From NCBI RefSeq assembly GCF_963921235.1, contig NC_086097.1:20896001-20960000 (forward strand): a stretch of DNA of 64,000 nt. Direction: 5' to 3'. Shown one piece after another: positions 50,855 to 63,465 of the stretch. The notes beneath the pieces are model-generated. The model did no database searches. It was not told the origin of the DNA and was given only the letters and a program-made list of their open reading frames with translations. Position 1 is the stretch's first letter, and every line of letters begins with the position of its first letter. This DNA comes from Mobula hypostoma. Lineage: Eukaryota. A program made the position numbers and the translations under genes.

Positions 50855-51630
50855 ACAACGGATTCTGGTTAATTGTGCCATTGGTTAATTGGGGCAGCTG
50901 TTTATTTGGAACAACTCAAAAACAAAAAACGAATCAAGAAAATAGCCATGATTCCTTCATTTATTTGGGACACTGATGCTTAATTGGGACAGAAGTCTGT
51001 CACTGAATCATTTCTAATTAGCATCAATTGCATGCACTTGTGTGGCTTTTCAACACTGGACCGTGCTTGGAGTGAATAGTTTTTAAAATACCATCAGTTG
51101 CATGTGGTTGCGTTCACAGAGCAGAGATTTTTGTCACTGATAAGTGGCAAGAAATAAGCAGTTCACTGCAGTTTCAAGCATTCAAATCTTTGAGATGCCA
51201 GAAACAACTGGGAGCAAAAATGAAACAATTTTACTCGTTGAACAAGTTAGGAACTAAGAATGTGAAGGTATCTACAATCATCCTGAATGTTACAATGAAA
51301 GTTAATATTTGGAAGATGCAATCGTTGAAAGCATTGTATGGAATCAGTCTATCATTGGTACTAGGCATCTGCTGATTTTGTTCATTTCTAGTCAAAAGAA
51401 CACAGCAGCATACACTGGATGCATTAGGAGCTAATAGTCTTACAGTACTGGTAATGTTTTAAGTGAAATTTAATTTCAATAGCAAATACATAATTTGCTA
51501 CTCAGTTCAACAGCGTTCGTCTTTTTTTCAAACCTTTTTGACCATTTTCATGAAACTTCAGCCAATTGAGCTAGCTGCTTAATATAGCCAAAATGTCCTG
51601 GTTCTGATGTGTCCCAATTAACTGGGACAT
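50855..51630. mobile_element. Tigger/pogo-like non-autonomous DNA transposon
   Basis: ta-caacggattctggttaattg... and ...tgtcccaattaactgg with repeated ttaattggg sub-terminal motifs. Confidence 0.55.
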
Positions 51631-52345
51631 ATCAAGTTAACAATTTACTTTGCCCTGAGCATTCAGTCCATTAAGTGAGGGTACTACAGGCCCATCTAGT
51701 CTGCAATGAACTATTATTTTGCCTCATTTTATCGACCAGCACCTGGACAATGGCTGTCCATACCCCTTCCAACCACATACTTATCCAAACCTCTCAAACG
51801 CTGCAATCAAAGTCAATGCAGACTTTCAAAACAATTGCATTCCTCAATTTACATTCTTTAGCAATCAACTTGCTGGTTGCCCTACGACACACCTACACAA
51901 TGGGGGAAATTTATAATAGCCAATTAACCTACCAACCAGCATATTTTTGGGGCTATAACAGGAAACTGGAACAACTTTGGAGAAAACAGATGGTCACAGG
52001 GAGAAGGTTCAAACACCACACAGACTATACCAGAGGTCAGTACTGAACATAGATGCTGGTGCTATTCTGCCAACTTGTATTGAACCATAAAAGCACTGGT
52101 TAAGTAACAGCATTTTATTCAATTTTAGGCTTGGATAGGGATAGCCAAGTAAAAATGTGGAAACATTTAAAATGGCTTCAGGTACCAGTCATTTAAGATA
52201 CCAGACTAAACTGGAAAAAGCAGGTGGTTGCCTTTGGTTCAAAATATGTTTGCGAGTAGAAGTATGCATCCAATGCATGGTAGAAGTATACTCCCATCAC
52301 AAGGACCAAAAGATTCAACAAACGCAAGAGCAGGCAAGATTGAGG

Positions 52346-52477
52346 AACACACACTAAATGCTGGAGGAACTCAGCAGACCACTTTTTCTAGCCCATAGAT
52401 GCTGCCTGGCGTGCTGAGTTCCTCCAGCATTTCGTGTGTTGCTTGGATCTCCAGCATCTGCAGACTTTCTCTTGTTT
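52346..52477 (+). mobile_element. Fold-back Penelope-like insertion lacking the hammerhead
   Basis: aacac..aaatgctggaggaactcagca is inverted against tgctgagttcctccagcattt..gtgtt; possible short TSD gattgag. Confidence 0.75.
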
Positions 52478-53070
52478 GTGAAGATGATTGAGAATCTTTC
52501 TAAAACTCAATATACTGTTATGACCAGGATTTTGCTGCCTGAGAAGATGGCAAAAATTACGGTCTTCAATAGGCAAATGGATCAGCTCTAAGAGGAAAGT
52601 AAAATTCAGGGAGAAGACAGGGAATGGGAGAAAACAATAGGTGTCAAATTAGCTTGGATTTGATAGGCATTTTCTGTGCCATTATGATTCGACAATATTC
52701 TTGTGCTAAGTGATTCACAAGTGTATTTCAACTTTCTGTTCCTTGAGCACACAATCTAAAAACCCACAAACAACTTGAACACTGACAGTGGCATATTCTG
52801 ATCCTAATTGAAATAAGAGACCGTCTTATAAAGGTTACTTTGATTAGGTAACCTAAATACATTGAATAAAGTGCTGCTCAGCGGTACACAGCATATACCT
52901 CAGGATGTAACATGCTGACTTGACACCACATTCTAATTATTAGAAACTCCCCAGTCAGTCCAAAGCACTGTTTCCATGATAATGCAGATGGGTTACTTAG
53001 TAAGTTTGTAGATGACAAATGGCTAAGTTATGGGTAGTAGGGAAGTTATCAAAGGAAACAGTAGGATCTA

Positions 53071-53845
53071 CAGTACTGTGCAGAAGTCTTAGATAGTTAG
53101 AATATGAATATATACATATAGTGACTTGACCATATTCTATATATCTATGGGGTCTCTGACTTTTACACAGCCCTGTATATCAACATGGAGCAGAACAAGT
53201 TTGTAAATCCAGCAGAAGCAAGTGATGCTGGGAACGGCAAGGGTGGAGAGTGCCGCAGGAGGGGCGTGGAACACATGGCAGAGAAGGAGCGCCGGGGTGG
53301 GGTGGCGCAGGTGTAGACACATCCAGCCCTGAGACCACAGGCAAGGTCATTTGATTCCAAACAATTGGTTTATTGATCATTACAGAATGTCTCTCTGGTG
53401 CTTCCTGCTCCCTCCCCTCTCCCTTCCCCTTTTACCAACCATGATTCCCTCTCCTTGCCCCTTCCCCACTCAGTCCACAATAGAGACCCAGATCAGAATC
53501 TGGTTTATCATCTTTTTTTTTTGCAGCAGGACAGTACAATGCATATTACTACATTACTGTGCAAAAGTCTTGGGTGCCTTACTCTAGTCAGAGGGTGGTA
53601 AATCCAGAATTTGTTGCTAACAGCGGAGGTGGAGGTCAGTCACTGGGTGTATTTAAAGAAGAGATAGTAGGTTTTCCATTAGCCAGGGCATCAAAGGGTA
53701 TGGGGAGAAGACAGGGGAGTGGGGATGACTGGAATAACTGGATCAGCCCATGATTGAATGGCGGAGCAGATGATGGGTTGAATGGCCTACTTCTGCTCCT
53801 GCATCTTATGGTCTTACAGTATCCTATGACTTTTGCACAGTACTG
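53071..53845. mobile_element. Tc1-like MITE (TIR cagtactgtgcaaaagtc) inserted in a decayed CR1 and carrying a CR1 3' fragment (about 53585-53815)
   Basis: ta-cagtactgtgcagaagtc ... gacttttgcacagtactg; internal copies of the motif at about 53158 and 53558. Confidence 0.75.
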
Positions 53846-55115
53846 CAGATCAGTTGGAAATCCGGGCAGATAGAGTGTGAGGTGTTATAGTTTGGGAGGT
53901 CAAAGCAAGACGAAAAGCAGTAGTAAATCGCAAGACCCTTAGAAGTATTAATGAACAGAGGGATCTTGGTGTCCAAGACCATAAACTCACTGAAAGAGGT
54001 AGCACAAGTGGATGCAAGGGTAAAAGCAAAAGTAGGCAAATGAATTGGACTGTTTGCTTTAAGTAGAGTTTGGACAAATTGCGATCATTTCCTCTGGAGA
54101 GTCATGGTGACATTACATTAACTTTTGATACATTTTTAAAGGTACATAGCCGAGTCTTGCCCCCCCACCCTGGGCATGGAGGTATGTGAGGGAAAAGTGG
54201 TGTTTTCTTTTATACAAGGAACACATGCTAGCAATGGTGGTAGAAGCAGCTATGATAGTAATGATGATTAAGAGTCATCCAAGTTGACATGAACAGGCAA
54301 GGAATAGAGGGATAGAGACACATGGAGGCAGATGAAATTATTAGATTAGCATCAGGCTCAATGCAGACACTGGTGGGGTGAAGGGCCTGTCTGTGCTGAA
54401 CAGTTCTAGGTTCTAAATGGCTACACTGCTTGGCTAAACTATTTGCTACATGTAAAGTTTCAGGATGATTGAGATGCAATGAGGAGCTACGTTATCAGTT
54501 CAGATTTGGAAACATGATCGGTTTAGTTTTGTCTTTATGAAATATGTATGTCAACATAATGATGAGCTGCTGCGGTATCGGTTGTCTGCCAAGTTCCAGT
54601 TTCACCAGCATATGTCAGTTCAACAGCAGCATTACAAATTAACAGCCAGACTGCCAAATGCATTGAATACACACAGAATATTTCTGCACTGATAAAACTT
54701 GAGGCTCATGTTACAAAACAACTTACTTCCCGAATGTCATTTCAGAAAGGTTTTAGGAAGGTGTTGAGGTAAGCAAAATACAGCTGAAATTTTTCTTTTA
54801 AACAAACGTTTACCAAATTAAATAATTAGCCTTTATCTGCTATGTACAACTCTCAGTTGTTTCAGTCACGAGGAAAGAATTGCTTGTTCATATTACCAGA
54901 ATGAAGCTGGTGAATAGGAAACCACAGAGAATAGATGAAGCTATTTCTAGATAGAAAAACAATTATTGCTGACAAATTTCAGAGAAGTCCACTTTTAAGA
55001 CCAAGCAATACAGAGAAATTGGAATGCAGTTTAATCAGGACAGAATTGGTAGTTAATTAGTTTAGTGTAAATTAAAGAGGTGCATGGGAGAGAAGATTAG
55101 TCTGGTATGATGCAT

Positions 55116-55251
55116 AAACACAAGAGATTCTGCAGATGCTGAAAATCCAGAGTAACACACACAAAATTCCAGAGGAACTCAGAAGGTCAGACAATGTTTA
55201 CGGAGTGGAATAAAGAGCCGATGTTTCGGGCTGAGACTCCTTTGTCAGGAC
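55116..55251 (-). mobile_element. Penelope-like terminal repeat, hammerhead G8 mutated
   Basis: Minus strand gtc-CTGACAA-aggagtctcagccc-GAAAC-atc. Confidence 0.75.
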
Positions 55252-56625
55252 AATGACGATATGATGAATGGTGTGGCAGTAATGTCTGGCAATTAAAATA
55301 CAATCCTATAAAGACTGAAAACTACATTCTAAAATGGAAATTCCCCATATTCGACAGATGTAAATTAGCAACAAATACTTGTAATTGTACAGGAGCCTTT
55401 AACTTAATATAATTCACAGAAATGTGAAAAAAGGACTGATCAAAACAGAAAATTAACAAGACAGGTCTTAAAGGTCTTGAGGAACAAACTTAGAGGGGCC
55501 TGGTTGACTGATGGCATAACTACCAATGACCAGAGTAAAGGAATAGAAGCTGCAGTAGGTTTGAAGTCAACGGAATCGGAAGTCTGCCAGTTGGAAATGG
55601 AAGACGTTACCAATTAAGACTGGAGAAAATTGCAGAGAAATTTTTGGCAACAACATTGCAGTGCTAAATAGCAGCACGTTTGGTAAATGCGAGTCCCAAA
55701 ATGATTTGTTGATGAAAACACCACAAAATTTCAATTACATTTGGCCAACTGCAGAAAGATCTATTAGCAACTTTCAGTTTCATTAAACTCCCAGCTTTCA
55801 TCTAGGTGTTTTGGCGCAAGGTCACAACAGGAAGGTGGCTGGTGTGACAATTTGGGGAGAGAATTTAGGGGTGGGTGCAGAGTGATGGCATTCATAAGCG
55901 CGAGAGTGTACTAAGTGGGGGAACAGGACTGCTCTGAGGGCTAGAGTAAATGCTGTGGGCCAAACTATGATTGAAGGAAATATGAAAAGTATGTTCTGAG
56001 ATATAGCGATCATGATACTCCAAATTCTAACCCTTGTTACCAAATCTCTTCTTCACTTTGTATTCTTTGTCAGACAACTCCCATTTTCTCCAACCACCCC
56101 ACCCCCCCAACCACAAGTTCTGGTCTCGTTCACATCAGTGATTTTAAACACTTCATTGTTGGTTCCCTTGTCGTAAGTTACCTAGGACTGTCCATAGACA
56201 CTGTCTCAGTGTGATGACAGCAGTAAATGGATTACAATAATATTAGCAAGAATGGGTGTTCTAAGGTCAGTGCGCTTTTGTGTTGTAATTGATTTAAGCT
56301 TTAAGCTTATGTACCTCCTTTCTACAAAATGGTTCTGTGATTGAGCTTTTAAACATACTGATATTTGATAACATTTGGAACTACTTGTTTAGAATGCTTT
56401 ATACAGCTAACAGAACAACATAAATGCATGTTAAACTGCAGATTGGACAAGGCATTCTTAGATTAAGCATTTTAATATGTTAGTTATTCAACTTAAAAAG
56501 GTCTGATACCACAGAGTGCAACATGAATTGCACACTGCATTGAACTCAAAGTGTCAATACAGCATTCCACAGGTCAGCTTGTCTAAAAACTTATTCAGAC
56601 TGGATCCTGCACTTTGTGATTGTAC

Positions 56626-56731
56626 CTGTAAATCCCCTCCACTACAATGAGAATCTTTTTCCATGGTCGGCGTGTTCGCGGCTGCCCGTGCACAATTGCG
56701 TCTTTAAGCAATTTATCCAAGCTCTGCATAT
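56626..56731 (-). CDS. SPTLC2: SPTLC2 internal coding exon (equivalent to human exon 7), 106 nt
   Basis: Minus strand tattttcag|AT ATG CAG...TAC AG|gtacaa; translates [35 protein letters not shown](S), near-identical to LCB2/SPTLC2; phase 1 in, phase 2 out, joins next exon in frame. Confidence 0.95.
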
Positions 56732-57155
56732 CTGAAAATAATACAAGCATTGTAATGATGACTACCCAGTTGGCAGTAAACAAACATCTATTAAACAAGT
56801 TTGCATTTCCAGTCAATACCAGCTGGTGGATATCCAAAAGAAAAATGTCATCGTTACCTCACAACGTTCAGAATAAATTTCATGAGAATTGAATCACTAC
56901 ACATTCAAACTCAGTGGGTAAATCCATTTAGCCCACTCAGAAGGAATCTACATAATTCGTGGCAGCTTTCTTTAATGATGTTCCACACTCACTGTCATAT
57001 CCAGAAGTTGATTAAAAGTAAATCTCTATTTCCCCACAACTATTGCAGTAGGATCAAATGAACATTTCTAAACTGACTTCAAGTTACTAGATAAGGACAT
57101 CTAGGGTCATGTAACTTAGGTGAGTAAGTGGGCATGAGGCACACACACACACACG

Positions 57156-57915
57156 CAGTGGCCACTTTATTAGGTACACCTGCTCATTAATACAAATATC
57201 TAATCAGCCGATCATGTGGCAGCATGCAGACATGGTCAAGAAGTTCAGCTGTTGTTCAGACCAAACATCAGAATGAGGAAGAAATGTAATCCAAGTGACT
57301 TTGACCGTGGAATAACTGTTGGTGCCAGATAAGGTGGTTTGAGTATGTCAGAAACTGCCGATCTCCTGGAACTTTCTCACAGAACACTCTTAAGAGTTTA
57401 AGAGAGTGATGCAATAAACAAGAAACATCTAGGGAGCAGCAGTTCTGTGAATGAAAGTGTTTATTAATGAGAGAGGTCAGAGGACAATGGCCAGACTGGT
57501 TCAAGCTGACAGGAAAGCAACAGTAACACAAACAAACATGCTTACAACAGTGGTGTGCAGAAGAGCATCCTAAATGCACAACACATCAAATCTTGGGGTG
57601 ATGGGCGACAGCAGAAGACCACAAACATGCATTCAGTGGCTACTTTATTAGGTACAGGAGGTACCTAATCAAAATTCAAAGTAAATTTTATCAAAGTACA
57701 TACATATCACCATATACAACTGAGAGATTCATTTCTTGTAGGTATACTTAATGAGTCAATAGAATAGTAACTATAACAGAATAAATGAACAACTGCCAAA
57801 CTTGGGCAATCAAGCAGAGTGCAGAAGACAACAAACTGCAAATACAAAAAAGCAACAATGCAGACAATAAATATGAATATGTGATGAAGATATTTATTGC
57901 TTAGTGGCCACTGAG
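57156..57915 (+). mobile_element. Non-autonomous Tc1-like element with transposase N-terminal remnant
   Basis: cagtggccactttattaggtacacc ... agtggccactgag; MRKKCNPSDFDRGITVGAR*GGLSMSETADLL. Confidence 0.8.
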
Positions 57916-58209
57916 TCTATTCCCCATGTACTGAAAGCTTAACATTGAGGAACTGAATGCCCACATTCCAACAGTAGCCACTGTTGATTATATTTTTTCT
58001 GGTTACCATTTACATTAATCCTACAATAACTTTATTATTTTCACCCTTTTTAAGGGAGGGAATTCTAAAATGAAGATCCCAGGCAACCAACTTTACTGCA
58101 TAGTTAAATGTAATATTTATACAACCTTCAGCAAGTTGACATCCCATTGCCCAGTATTTGGTAATTAACAGTTGTTATACTACAATTTCTCCACCCAAAA
58201 TTTATTTGA

Positions 58210-58465
58210 GATACAGTGTAGAATAGGCCCTTGGAGCCGAGCCACCCAGCAACCCGATTTAGCCTTAGCCTAATCATGGGACAATTTACAATGACCAATT
58301 AAACAACCAGCTGGGCTTTCCACTGTGGGAGGAAACTTGAGCACCCAGAGAAAACCAGCGTGGTCACGTGAAAAACGTACAAGCTCCTTACAGACAGCAG
58401 AAGAAATTGAACCTGGGTTGCTGGTACTGTAAAGAATTGTGTTAACCACTATGCTACTGTGCCAC
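58210..58465 (-). mobile_element. V-SINE
   Basis: tgtgggaggaaacttgagcacccagagaaaacc is the reverse V-domain; tRNA-like head at about 58410-58465. Confidence 0.75.
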
Positions 58466-59627
58466 TGTACAATATTTGATCTGGCTTGGAGATTTATTCA
58501 ATTTTAAGCTTAGACATCTAATCCTTAACGTACAAAGAAAATGCAGGAAATAATCAGGTGGGTTAGGCAAATCTTTGTAGTTAATATTTCAGCTTGATGA
58601 TCTCTTATCACACTCCTTTAGTATTTCCTGTTCTACAATGTCTATCCTTTCAATATGGCATGTAGTTTGTCTAAATACATCAATATCTTTCCCTATATAG
58701 CCACCAAATATTATGAACATTCATCAACCTCTACACATTTATCAAGCTTTCACTGTTTTAATGTCACCCTATATTTTCTACATTAAGCTTTCTGTAGTAT
58801 TAAGCTCGGAGAACTGATGCGTCATGCTAATTAGTCAATAATACAAAGTCTTCACATCAAACGGATCAGGATAAATCTAAAAGGAAGATGGTTTTTGTTT
58901 TCGTTCTATAACCTTTGCTGCCTTGTATGCAAATCAATTGGCTCAAAAGGTTACAGGTTTCTTTCCCATGGGTGCTGTCTAAACTGCTACACATTTTCAC
59001 CATTTCAGATTTCTTCCATATACAGTATTTTGCTTTAGCCAGTTATACATTTGACTGGAACTGGAAGAATGATTTTGGAGAGGACTCTCTCAACCAGGAA
59101 TTGGAAGGGAAGATGAAGCGCAAAAAGGGAATAAGGCAAAGATTTAATTATTTTATCACCATGTCCCTGTATTCAATAGTCATCATTTTCTGCACTGAAC
59201 TTTCCTGATTTTGCATAATAAATTTTCCAATTTGCAATTTTCCATTTGAGGACGTGTCACACAGTCTGATGCAACAAACTGATTAGTTCCTAGCTTTCTC
59301 AGAGGAAAACAGATGCATAGCCACTCATCTGAGCAAGCTTATGTACACCTTTTGCTTCCTTTAAGAGTAACAGTGGAAGGGGGCTTGATTGTTTCTAGTT
59401 GTATTGCTATACCACTGGAGGGATGCAATGTGGAGACCCAAGCAATAATGGGCATCGATAAAAAAAGAAAATCAGGAAAAGGTAGTATTTGGCAGTTTGG
59501 AAATATTGAAGCTACATCCCAGAAATGGGATTATGTGGCCTGCACACAGAACCTGGATGCACCAAAGCTGTTTACCAAATTATTTGATCAATTAAACCTG
59601 CTAAAGAATTCATGCATCGAGGTGTCA

Positions 59628-59885
59628 TGGGAGCACAGTGGTTAGCACAATGCTTTACAGTACTAGTGACCCAAGTTCAATCCCCACCACTGCCTACAAG
59701 GAGAATGTACATTCTCCCCATGACCACATGGGTTTCCTCCGGGTGCTCCAGTTTCCTCCCGCAGTCCAAAGATGTACCAGTTGGTAGATTAATTGATCAC
59801 TGTTAATTGTCCCGTGATTAGGCTCGGGTTAAAACCGGATTGCTGGGCAGCACGGCCAGAAGGGCCTACTCCACACTGTATCTCA
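59628..59885 (+). mobile_element. V-SINE (HE1-like)
   Basis: gcacagtggttagc..gttcaatccc..tgggtttcctccgggtgctccagtttcctcccgcagtccaaaga. Confidence 0.85.
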
Positions 59886-60117
59886 ATCAATAACTCAATA
59901 CAGGACATCATAAATATTTTAACAAACTCAAATTCTACACAATATTTAGTTGAAAAATTCCAATTAAAATGTGTTGCATGTTTACATTTACATTATACAA
60001 GGACGCGCATGTAATTAAAAAGGGACTGTAAATATTCAGGCCAATCATTGTTACTTTGGGGATCCATTTCATCCCAACCAATTTGAACTTGAGAGCTACA
60101 CATCACAATTCAGACAC

Positions 60118-60241
60118 AAACACAAGAGATGCTACAGATACCGGAAACACACAAAAGGCTGGAGGAATTCAGTAGGTCGGGCAGCATCTATGGAGGGGGA
60201 ATAAACAGATGATATTTCTGGCCAAGACACTTCATCAGGTC
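60118..60241 (-). mobile_element. Penelope-like terminal repeat with hammerhead core
   Basis: Minus strand gac-CTGATGA-agtgtcttggcca-GAAAT-atc; helix I disrupted. Confidence 0.75.
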
Positions 60242-61264
60242 ATTATTTAAGATTCAAGATTGTTTAATGTCATTTCCACTATACGAGTGTAAAAGGAGAA
60301 CAAAATAATTGAATCAACGTGACTCAGTACTGTTTAAGCCAAAGTGGTAAATAGAAAATCAAAAGAATTTTTATCAATATGTTATCTTTCACAACACATC
60401 ATGTCTTCAAAACATATTGCTATCAGTGTAGGAGCTTTGCAATGTGAAGCATCCAATTTGCCCGTAGCAAGATCCTGAACACGATAATCTGTCTTGTAGA
60501 TGATTGAAAGATAATTATCAACCTAAACACCATGAGCACTTGAAGGCGAGAAAACATACATAAACAATATATTCCAACTCTTACATTCCTTAGCTGGATG
60601 AAAGAGTCCAAGAATACATTTTGTTTAGAGCACAAAGTGAAGCACTGCAAGGATGAAGGATTGCTATTCTAATTCTAATTTGAATGAAATCAATGCCAAA
60701 TTGGTAACAGTTCTGCTCTGTGAACTTTCATGCAAGGGAAACAATGATTTATTTCAAGAACTGCACCTACTGCAAATTAACCATTTTTATCCAAGATCAG
60801 TTCTAGAGTTGAAGAGCACTTGTCGCCCTCAACTGATTTTAAATGTTGTATTTAAACCGTCAAGCAATATTGCAGACCGATGCTATACGGGCTCAATTTA
60901 ATGCTGGTATCTGTTACACAAGGGCAAATTGACATTTGCAAGCAATTTTAGCAATCAGGGCGCAAATCAAAGCTGATGAATTCCAGTCAGCACTAACACA
61001 TTGAAATGTGTAATTGGAGAGTCAGTAAGTGTTGGCCCAAAACATTGACCCTCCATATAGATACTGCCTAATGTGCTGAGTTCCTCCAGTATTTTGTTAA
61101 ACTACAGACTGTGCAGGTTTCCTAAATCCATTGAGTATGCCATCAATTTGTGGAGCAGTTATTTCATTTTTCTTTGCAATCACCATTTGCTAGCAAAGGT
61201 CAGTGAATAGCTTCGGGCCACATCTTCTGCAAAAGACAGGATCATATCCACAGAAGGAATAATA

Positions 61265-61620
61265 TGGATCAACTATTCCAAGCAAAATTGAAATTTGAAA
61301 GATGTATCAGTATTACAGTGGAGTAAAGGCAACTACAGGGGCTTGTGAGAAGAGATGGCCGAAGTTTTTTTGGAAGGGAATACAAGCAATGATGACTGCA
61401 GAGCAACAAAATCTGGAGTTTCTGGGAGCAATTCAGAAGGCACAGAATAGATGCATCCCAAAGATTAAGTAGCATTCTAAAGGGAGGATGAGGTAACCGT
61501 AGCAGACAAGGGAAGTCAAAAGCAGCATAAGCACAAAAAAAAAGAGGGCATATAATGTAGGAAAAATTAGTGGGAAGCAAGAAGATGGGGATGGTTTTAA
61601 AAACCAGCAGAAGCCAACAG
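61265..61620 (+). mobile_element. CR1 LINE ORF2 internal fragment
   Basis: aaaggcaactacaggggcttgtgagaagagatggcc..gcacagaatagatgcatcccaaag resembles the CR1 endonuclease-RT linker. Confidence 0.6.
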
Positions 61621-61954
61621 AAGTAACCTCATCAGTAATTTAAAAAAAGAGGATTCTCCATCTGATTTCTGCTTTGACTTAGACCTCTTACACTATTCTA
61701 ATGAAGTCCATAAAAAGCTCAAAGAACGCGTCATGAATTTGGCCTATTACAGCTCAGGCCATAACATGGAACTCTGGACAGATGACCTTTCCAACCTGCA
61801 TCAGAACTGGAAAGTCATCTTGCAATGTTAACTGTTACTCTTCCCATAGACAATGACTGACCTGGATGAACATATCCAGCATTTCTTTTTGCCATCTCAC
61901 TTCCAACATTTACAACTTATATTTTGCAAAAGCATCTTGGAATCCATTACTTAC

Positions 61955-62125
61955 CAGAGTAACACACAAAATGCTATCTGACCTCCTGAATTCCTCCAGC
62001 ATCTATAGCAAGGAATAAACAGTTGACATTTCAGGCTGAGACCCTTTATCAGAACTGGAAAGGAAGTGGGTAGAAGCCAGAAGACCAAGGAATGTGGACT
62101 ACAGGAAGGGGAAGTTGAGAGGACC
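61955..62125 (-). mobile_element. Penelope-like terminal repeat with hammerhead variant (62020-62057)
   Basis: Minus strand cagtt-CTGATAA-agggtctcagcct-GAAAT-gtc-aactg. Confidence 0.7.
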
Positions 62126-62139
62126 AGTCCTCAGAAGAG

Positions 62140-62404
62140 TCAGCAGTGGAAAGGGTGAGAAAATTCCAGGCTATCAACATTTGAAGATCTAGCCTGGGTC
62201 TGACATCAATACAATTACAAATGCGGCACGACAGTGGCTATATTTCATTGGTATGTCACCAAAGACTCTCGCAAATTTTTACAGATGTATTGTGTAGAAC
62301 ATTCTAACTGGGAGCATCACCACCTGGTATAGAGGGGCCAATGCACAGGAATAGGGAAAAAACTGCAGAAAGTTGTAAACTCAGCCAGCTCCATCACAGA
62401 CATC
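62140..62404 (+). mobile_element. Rex1-type LINE fragment
   Basis: gactctcgcaaatttttacagatgtattgtgtagaacattctaactgg (FYRC..IL..ITTWY); homologous to 14870-15040. Confidence 0.7.
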
Positions 62405-62406
62405 TA

Positions 62407-63465
62407 CAGTGGCATGCAAAAGTTTGGGCACCCCGGTCAAAATTTCTGTTACTGTGAATAGTTAAGTGAGTAGAAGATGAACTGATCTCCAAAAGTCAAA
62501 GTTAAAGATGAAACATTCTTTTCTTTTTTTTGCGTGCTTGTGCATGTGTCCGTAATGATGTCTTTTTCATGGCTTTTACAAGGCGCTGAGCGAGAGAGAG
62601 AGACTGTGTGGCACGCCACTCCTCACACAAGACATTTTTCGCAATATTTTCCCTTTGTTTTATGAGGTCGAGTTGCGTTCTCGACACTCAACCCGGCACG
62701 GATGTTAAGTGTACTCGGGGGCGGACCCGTCTAGTTTGAAACCCGGGGACCTCTGCTCCCAGGTTCGGCGCCGATGTCGTTGCGCCACCAGCCGGCCCTG
62801 AAACATTCTTTTCAACATTTTAAGCAAGATTAGTGTATTATTTTTTGTTTTGTACAATTTTAGAGTGAAAAAAGGAAAGGAGCACCATGCAAAAATTTGG
62901 TCACCCCAAGAGATTTGAGCTCTCATAACTTTTACCAAGGTCTCAGACCTTCATTAGCTTGTTAGGGCTATAGCTTGTTCACAGTCATCGTTAGGAAAGG
63001 CCAGGTGATGCAAATTTCAAGGCTTTATAAATACCCTTACTGCTCAAACCTTGTCCCAATAATCAGCAGAAATGGGCTCCTCTAAGCAGCTGCCTAGCAC
63101 ACTGAAAATTAAAATAAATGATGCCCACATAGCGGGAGAAGGCTATAAGATAAAGCGTTTTCAGGTAGCCGTTTTCTCAGTTGGTAATGTAATTAAGAAA
63201 TGGCAGTTAACAGGAACGGTGGAGGTTAAGTTGAGCTCTGGAAGACCTAGAAAACCTTCCAAGAGAACTGCTCATAGGATTGTTAGAAAGGCAAATCAAA
63301 ACCCCCGTTTGACTGCAAAAGACCTTCAGGAAGATTTAGCAGACCCTGGAGTGGTGGTGCACTGTTCTACTGTGCAGCGACACCTGCACGAATATTACTT
63401 CATGGAACAGTCATCAGAAGAAAACCTTTTCTGCGTCCTCACCACAAAATTTAGTGTCAACGTCA
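62407..63465 (+). mobile_element. Tc1 (IR/DR-type) transposon left half with transposase DNA-binding domain ORF 63072-63485
   Basis: TA plus cagtggcatgcaaaagtttgggcacccc; inner direct repeat catgcaaaaatttggtcacccc at about 62886; MGSSKQL..GEGYK..IKKWQLTGTV..SGRPRK..NPRLTAKDLQ. Confidence 0.9.
62524..62798 (-). mobile_element. Young tRNA-derived SINE in the Tc1 inverted repeat, 15-bp TSD
   Basis: TSD tgaaacattcttttc at 62509-62523 and 62799-62813; head gggccggctggtggcgcaacg..gtttcaaac; related to 8431-8655. Confidence 0.88.

Noticed and set aside
40537..56731. Assignment as SPTLC3
   Set aside because: Diagnostic residues (RRPWKK, EGIY, IVRLPE, YLDEAH, GVVEYF, DVMMG, YIGGKK, MKCIMG) match SPTLC2 as recalled; phylogeny or synteny would confirm
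460..62125. CRISPR-like array or prokaryotic system
   Set aside because: Repeats are dispersed, diverged and on both strands with no regular spacers; no prokaryotic genes or operon structure
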